Below, in pieces: positions 62,201 to 64,000 of a stretch of DNA of 64,000 nucleotides. Position numbers and translations under genes: made by a program. Within the stretch, counting starts at the first letter, position 1. Each line of letters opens with the position of its first letter. Source of the DNA: Magallana gigas (Eukaryota); contig NC_088858.1 of assembly GCF_963853765.1 (NCBI RefSeq), forward strand, positions 45,694,001 through 45,758,000. Reading direction: 5' to 3'. Below the pieces are notes generated by a model. The model had not been told where the DNA came from. It saw nothing but the letters and a program-made list of their open reading frames with translations, and ran no database searches.

Positions 62201-63717
62201 TTTATAAAGCGTAAACTGCCCCAAACCATTTTATATCGTATAAAACAAATAAATATTGAATTCATTCCTTAATTAAAGATGAATTTTAATTTATGTACAA
62301 TTTAATTAATATATAATTAAGAAAAATGTAAAACAATTTTATCACACTAAAAACATTTTTGACACTTTTGTTAAGTCTGAATAGATTTAAGAGCAAGACT
62401 TACCTATACAGACAGCAATCAGACCCCGTTCAAACTCATTGTCCTCAGTCTTCTCATCAAAATGGACATCAGGCCTCTGAGCGATCAGTCCCTCGTCGTC
62501 GTGGTGGATTTCTTCTGACGTGTAGGATGACAGGGATGTGTAAAAGTCTCGTCTCCCCTCAAACTGGGAGTACAGTTCACTTTCTACATCTGATGGAGTG
62601 ACCATGTGTTCCACAGACTCCCCACTTTGTTCCAAGTCCGACACTGTCTCCATACACTCTCTGTTGTCAACTGTTAGCTGGTTCTCAGTCTTTGGGCTCT
62701 CTAACTGGTTCTCTGTCATTCCTGCTTGGCTGCTTTGTAGAGTTAGCTCCCCTGGGTCTGCTGTGTCTACCTCTGTGATTGTATCAGTAAGGGGGGGATC
62801 TAAAGTTATGGAGGCCAGGGTTGTATCAGTGAGAGGGGGATCTAAAGTTATGGAGGGCGGAGTTTCTGGTTGGTTGTACTCCTCTGGGGTGAGGATCTCC
62901 ATCCAACTGCCTTGTTTGCGATGTAACAATTTCACGGGCGGGTATTTGTCCTCTTTAAAGACTACATCATCGTCACTGAACAAATTTCTCTTGGCAGAGT
63001 CTACTTCAGTATCTAGTTAAGTAGACATTTATCAATGTATCACAATGAATTACATCATCAAATACAATCTATTCTATAAACTACAACATATATCTCTTAG
63101 AGCAAAATACAAATATGAGAAGTTTCAGAATGTTAAAACATGCTGTTCAATATTCCACAAAAAGACCATTTTCTGTTCGATTTTTGATGTATTTTCAAGC
63201 TTGTTTATCTATTCATACTTATTTGAAAAAGTCAAGAAAAAACCCCCAGAAATATTTAAAAGGAGAAGGGTCAATTAAAAGCAATTTCTTGCTCTGCAAT
63301 TATGGATTTTTTCAGTACAATGAGTTAAGTCCCTCAAAAATTGACTTACTCTTCATAAAATGATAATGTATTCAAGAAAACCCAACAGTAAAATTTAACC
63401 TCCAAGAACCTGTTAACTAAGGACTATCCACATAACTAGCATATAAATGATTCCACAATTATTGTGGTGGTATAAATGATTCCACAATTACTGTGGTAGT
63501 ATAAATGATTCCACAATTATTGTGGTGGTGGGTTCTGACCTGCAGCACTGTGATTGGAACCCTCACTCTTGCTGTGTGGGGTACTGGACATCGGTTTCCT
63601 CACCGTGTTAACTCGACTCAGACTCGATCTAAAGGTCGTGTCTTTATCCGAATCTACAGAGGTACAATCAGTTATAGATTGGGCGTGTAAATGTACAGAA
63701 TTTATATGATTCTCTGC
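47249..63717 (-). CDS. LYST: Lysosomal-trafficking regulator (BEACH family) 3' portion: ARM-like region, PH, BEACH, WD40; 5' end outside the window
   Basis: 34 exons in consistent phase: 63717-63540, 63012-62404, 61851-61709, 60953-60784, 60635-60509, 60154-60054, 59918-59829, 59738-59653, 59543-59403, 59133-58753, 58606-58461, 58336-58268, 58149-58015, 57713-57546, 57341-57265, 57163-56975, 56885-56740, 56428-56323, 56234-56173, 56043-55985, 55875-55723, 55399-55155, 55020-54954, 54831-54678, 54240-54100, 53545-53328, 52965-52741, 52418-52226, 51498-51359, 51060-50962, 50759-50617, 50326-50072, 49821-49747, 47369-47249. Motifs [69 protein letters not shown]; LYST-type C-terminus [32 protein letters not shown]. 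Confidence 0.93.
48038..49576 (+). CDS. TRIM-like protein, copy 2 (B-box2 + coiled coil + NHL, no RING), ~512 aa, nested antisense in the last LYST intron
   Basis: Colinear paralog of 43675-45201. The first ATG (48038, [10 protein letters not shown]) aligns with the start of copy 1; the ORF-track start at 47915 is a GTG. Confidence 0.9.
   Translation: MSNEAVARAQVPLRTCKDHGDLQDMFCVDCEESICLICGQQNHTSHDWGRRNTIQERVKSELAELCHHVRHKRVPLLQAEVEKVKTLKNDYEKIYLEKMDRITSHTETVVKSLQKISDDLIRQCKLLKFQNEDKLDQKQKEIETFVLQFELNLKSVEESKSVSLSKLLQIKKQVQSIPYPEKLNKKDTTLHLIDFRAGDVKENVLQSVLGEVYQTCNKVTVAKIFEAKKGTKMIKYISPISETHAWYREFRSSENVLIDINKGSTESACMFGETRSDHIPDDFITIKSGVSIYTWHAGHCVMKVTPPKIKESEVTANKVVKLADLSPLFPVGICATKDGRFLVSAIDTTAFSEDIYTSSQPKKSVVLVLSESGKTKKVFQNADDDKTPLFLYPTRMAENTNSDICVIDRTGMNNGKLVVISSNGKLKFHYQGNGPNQADFDPRGICCDSSGHILISDCNNRSVHLLNKEGSFLTYLIKTDEELWSMSLYMNTLWIGGKNGIIYAYKYQVDTT
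51551..52076. mobile_element. Kolobok-like non-autonomous element in a LYST intron
   Basis: TTAA on both sides; imperfect 14-bp TIRs AGAGGTTCGCTCCT / AGGAGCCAAACTCC. Confidence 0.6.
56488..56689. mobile_element. Degenerate TA-flanked MITE
   Basis: Right end aaaataaccctgtatacagta; the left end is eroded (tactggaaatatttgccc); internal ggcgaa/ttcgcc repeats. Confidence 0.45.
57765..57866. repeat. Two-copy 49-bp tandem duplication in a LYST intron
   Basis: taaaacaatgatcaaagtaagagatctttcaacatcataaaggtgatca followed by a near-identical second copy. Confidence 0.85.
60235..60451. mobile_element. TA-flanked MITE (Tc1/mariner-like)
   Basis: ta-ctgtaaattcctatt ... aataaggaatctacag-ta TIRs. Confidence 0.75.
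61099..61725. repeat. 32-bp minisatellite (~19 copies) derived from a LYST exon-intron junction
   Basis: Unit cttgattacgtaggtcctttctgtggtcttac. On the minus strand each unit ends ...CCTACGTAATCAAG|GTAAGACCACAGAAA, the same as the real donor at 61709/61708. Confidence 0.95.
61905..62274. mobile_element. Interspersed non-autonomous repeat (Crypton/Kolobok-like, family uncertain)
   Basis: aataattcaattctggttgtaacgc...gattggct at one end and gaattcattccttaa at the other, with internal inverted segments (tgaattcaatatttat / ataaatattgaattca). Confidence 0.45.
63443..63529. repeat. Three-copy 29-bp tandem repeat with an internal palindrome, next to a LYST donor site
   Basis: ataaatgattccacaattattgtggtggt x3; ccacaat-t-attgtgg is self-complementary. 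Confidence 0.9.
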
Positions 63718-64000
63718 CTTCAAGACAATCAAACAAAATAAAACACTACAATCAACACAAGATGCATAACAAATCTACCAGTACATGTACTTTACGACTT
63801 ACATCAAAACAAGATAATGATTTCAAAAATACTGAATAAAATTTCATCTCAGACTTATTCTTTGATATGAAACTAGGTCATAATTTACATGAAGTATTAT
63901 TTGCCAATTGACAGTTGAGAACTTATATGTGATCATTAAATTCTCTCATATTTTGAATGCATTTTGTAATCGTGTGTAACATTTTGCAAGCAGAAGTTGC

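Overview
AT-rich, intron-rich eukaryotic genomic DNA. The repeat content (Helentron-type non-autonomous elements carrying ~166-bp satellite arrays, a Penelope-like RT fragment, B-box/NHL TRIM-like genes) points to a bivalve, most likely a Crassostrea/Magallana oyster; this is inference. I reconstructed five protein-coding genes by hand from splice sites and codon phase. (1) An ADCY10/soluble adenylyl cyclase-like gene on +, 30 exons in the window (767-27106), 5' end outside. (2) A 4-coding-exon gene on + for an uncharacterised ~365-aa type I membrane glycoprotein (35294-39591). (3, 4) Two single-exon B-box/coiled-coil/NHL TRIM-like paralogs on + (43675-45201 and 48038-49576). (5) The 3' part of LYST on -, 34 exons (47249-63717), 5' end outside. 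The main surprises are: the second TRIM-like gene lies entirely, antisense, inside the last LYST intron; a 32-bp minisatellite in a LYST intron is a ~19-fold tandem copy of the exon/intron junction (an array of splice donors); an apparently complete 5.8-kb Sola1-type transposon with an open, spliced transposase sits in an ADCY10 intron; the cyclase has Asn where human sAC has the bicarbonate-binding Arg176; and several MITEs carry tRNA-like Pol III cassettes. No CRISPR array, rRNA or bona fide tRNA gene was seen. All coordinates were counted by hand and may be off by a few bases.
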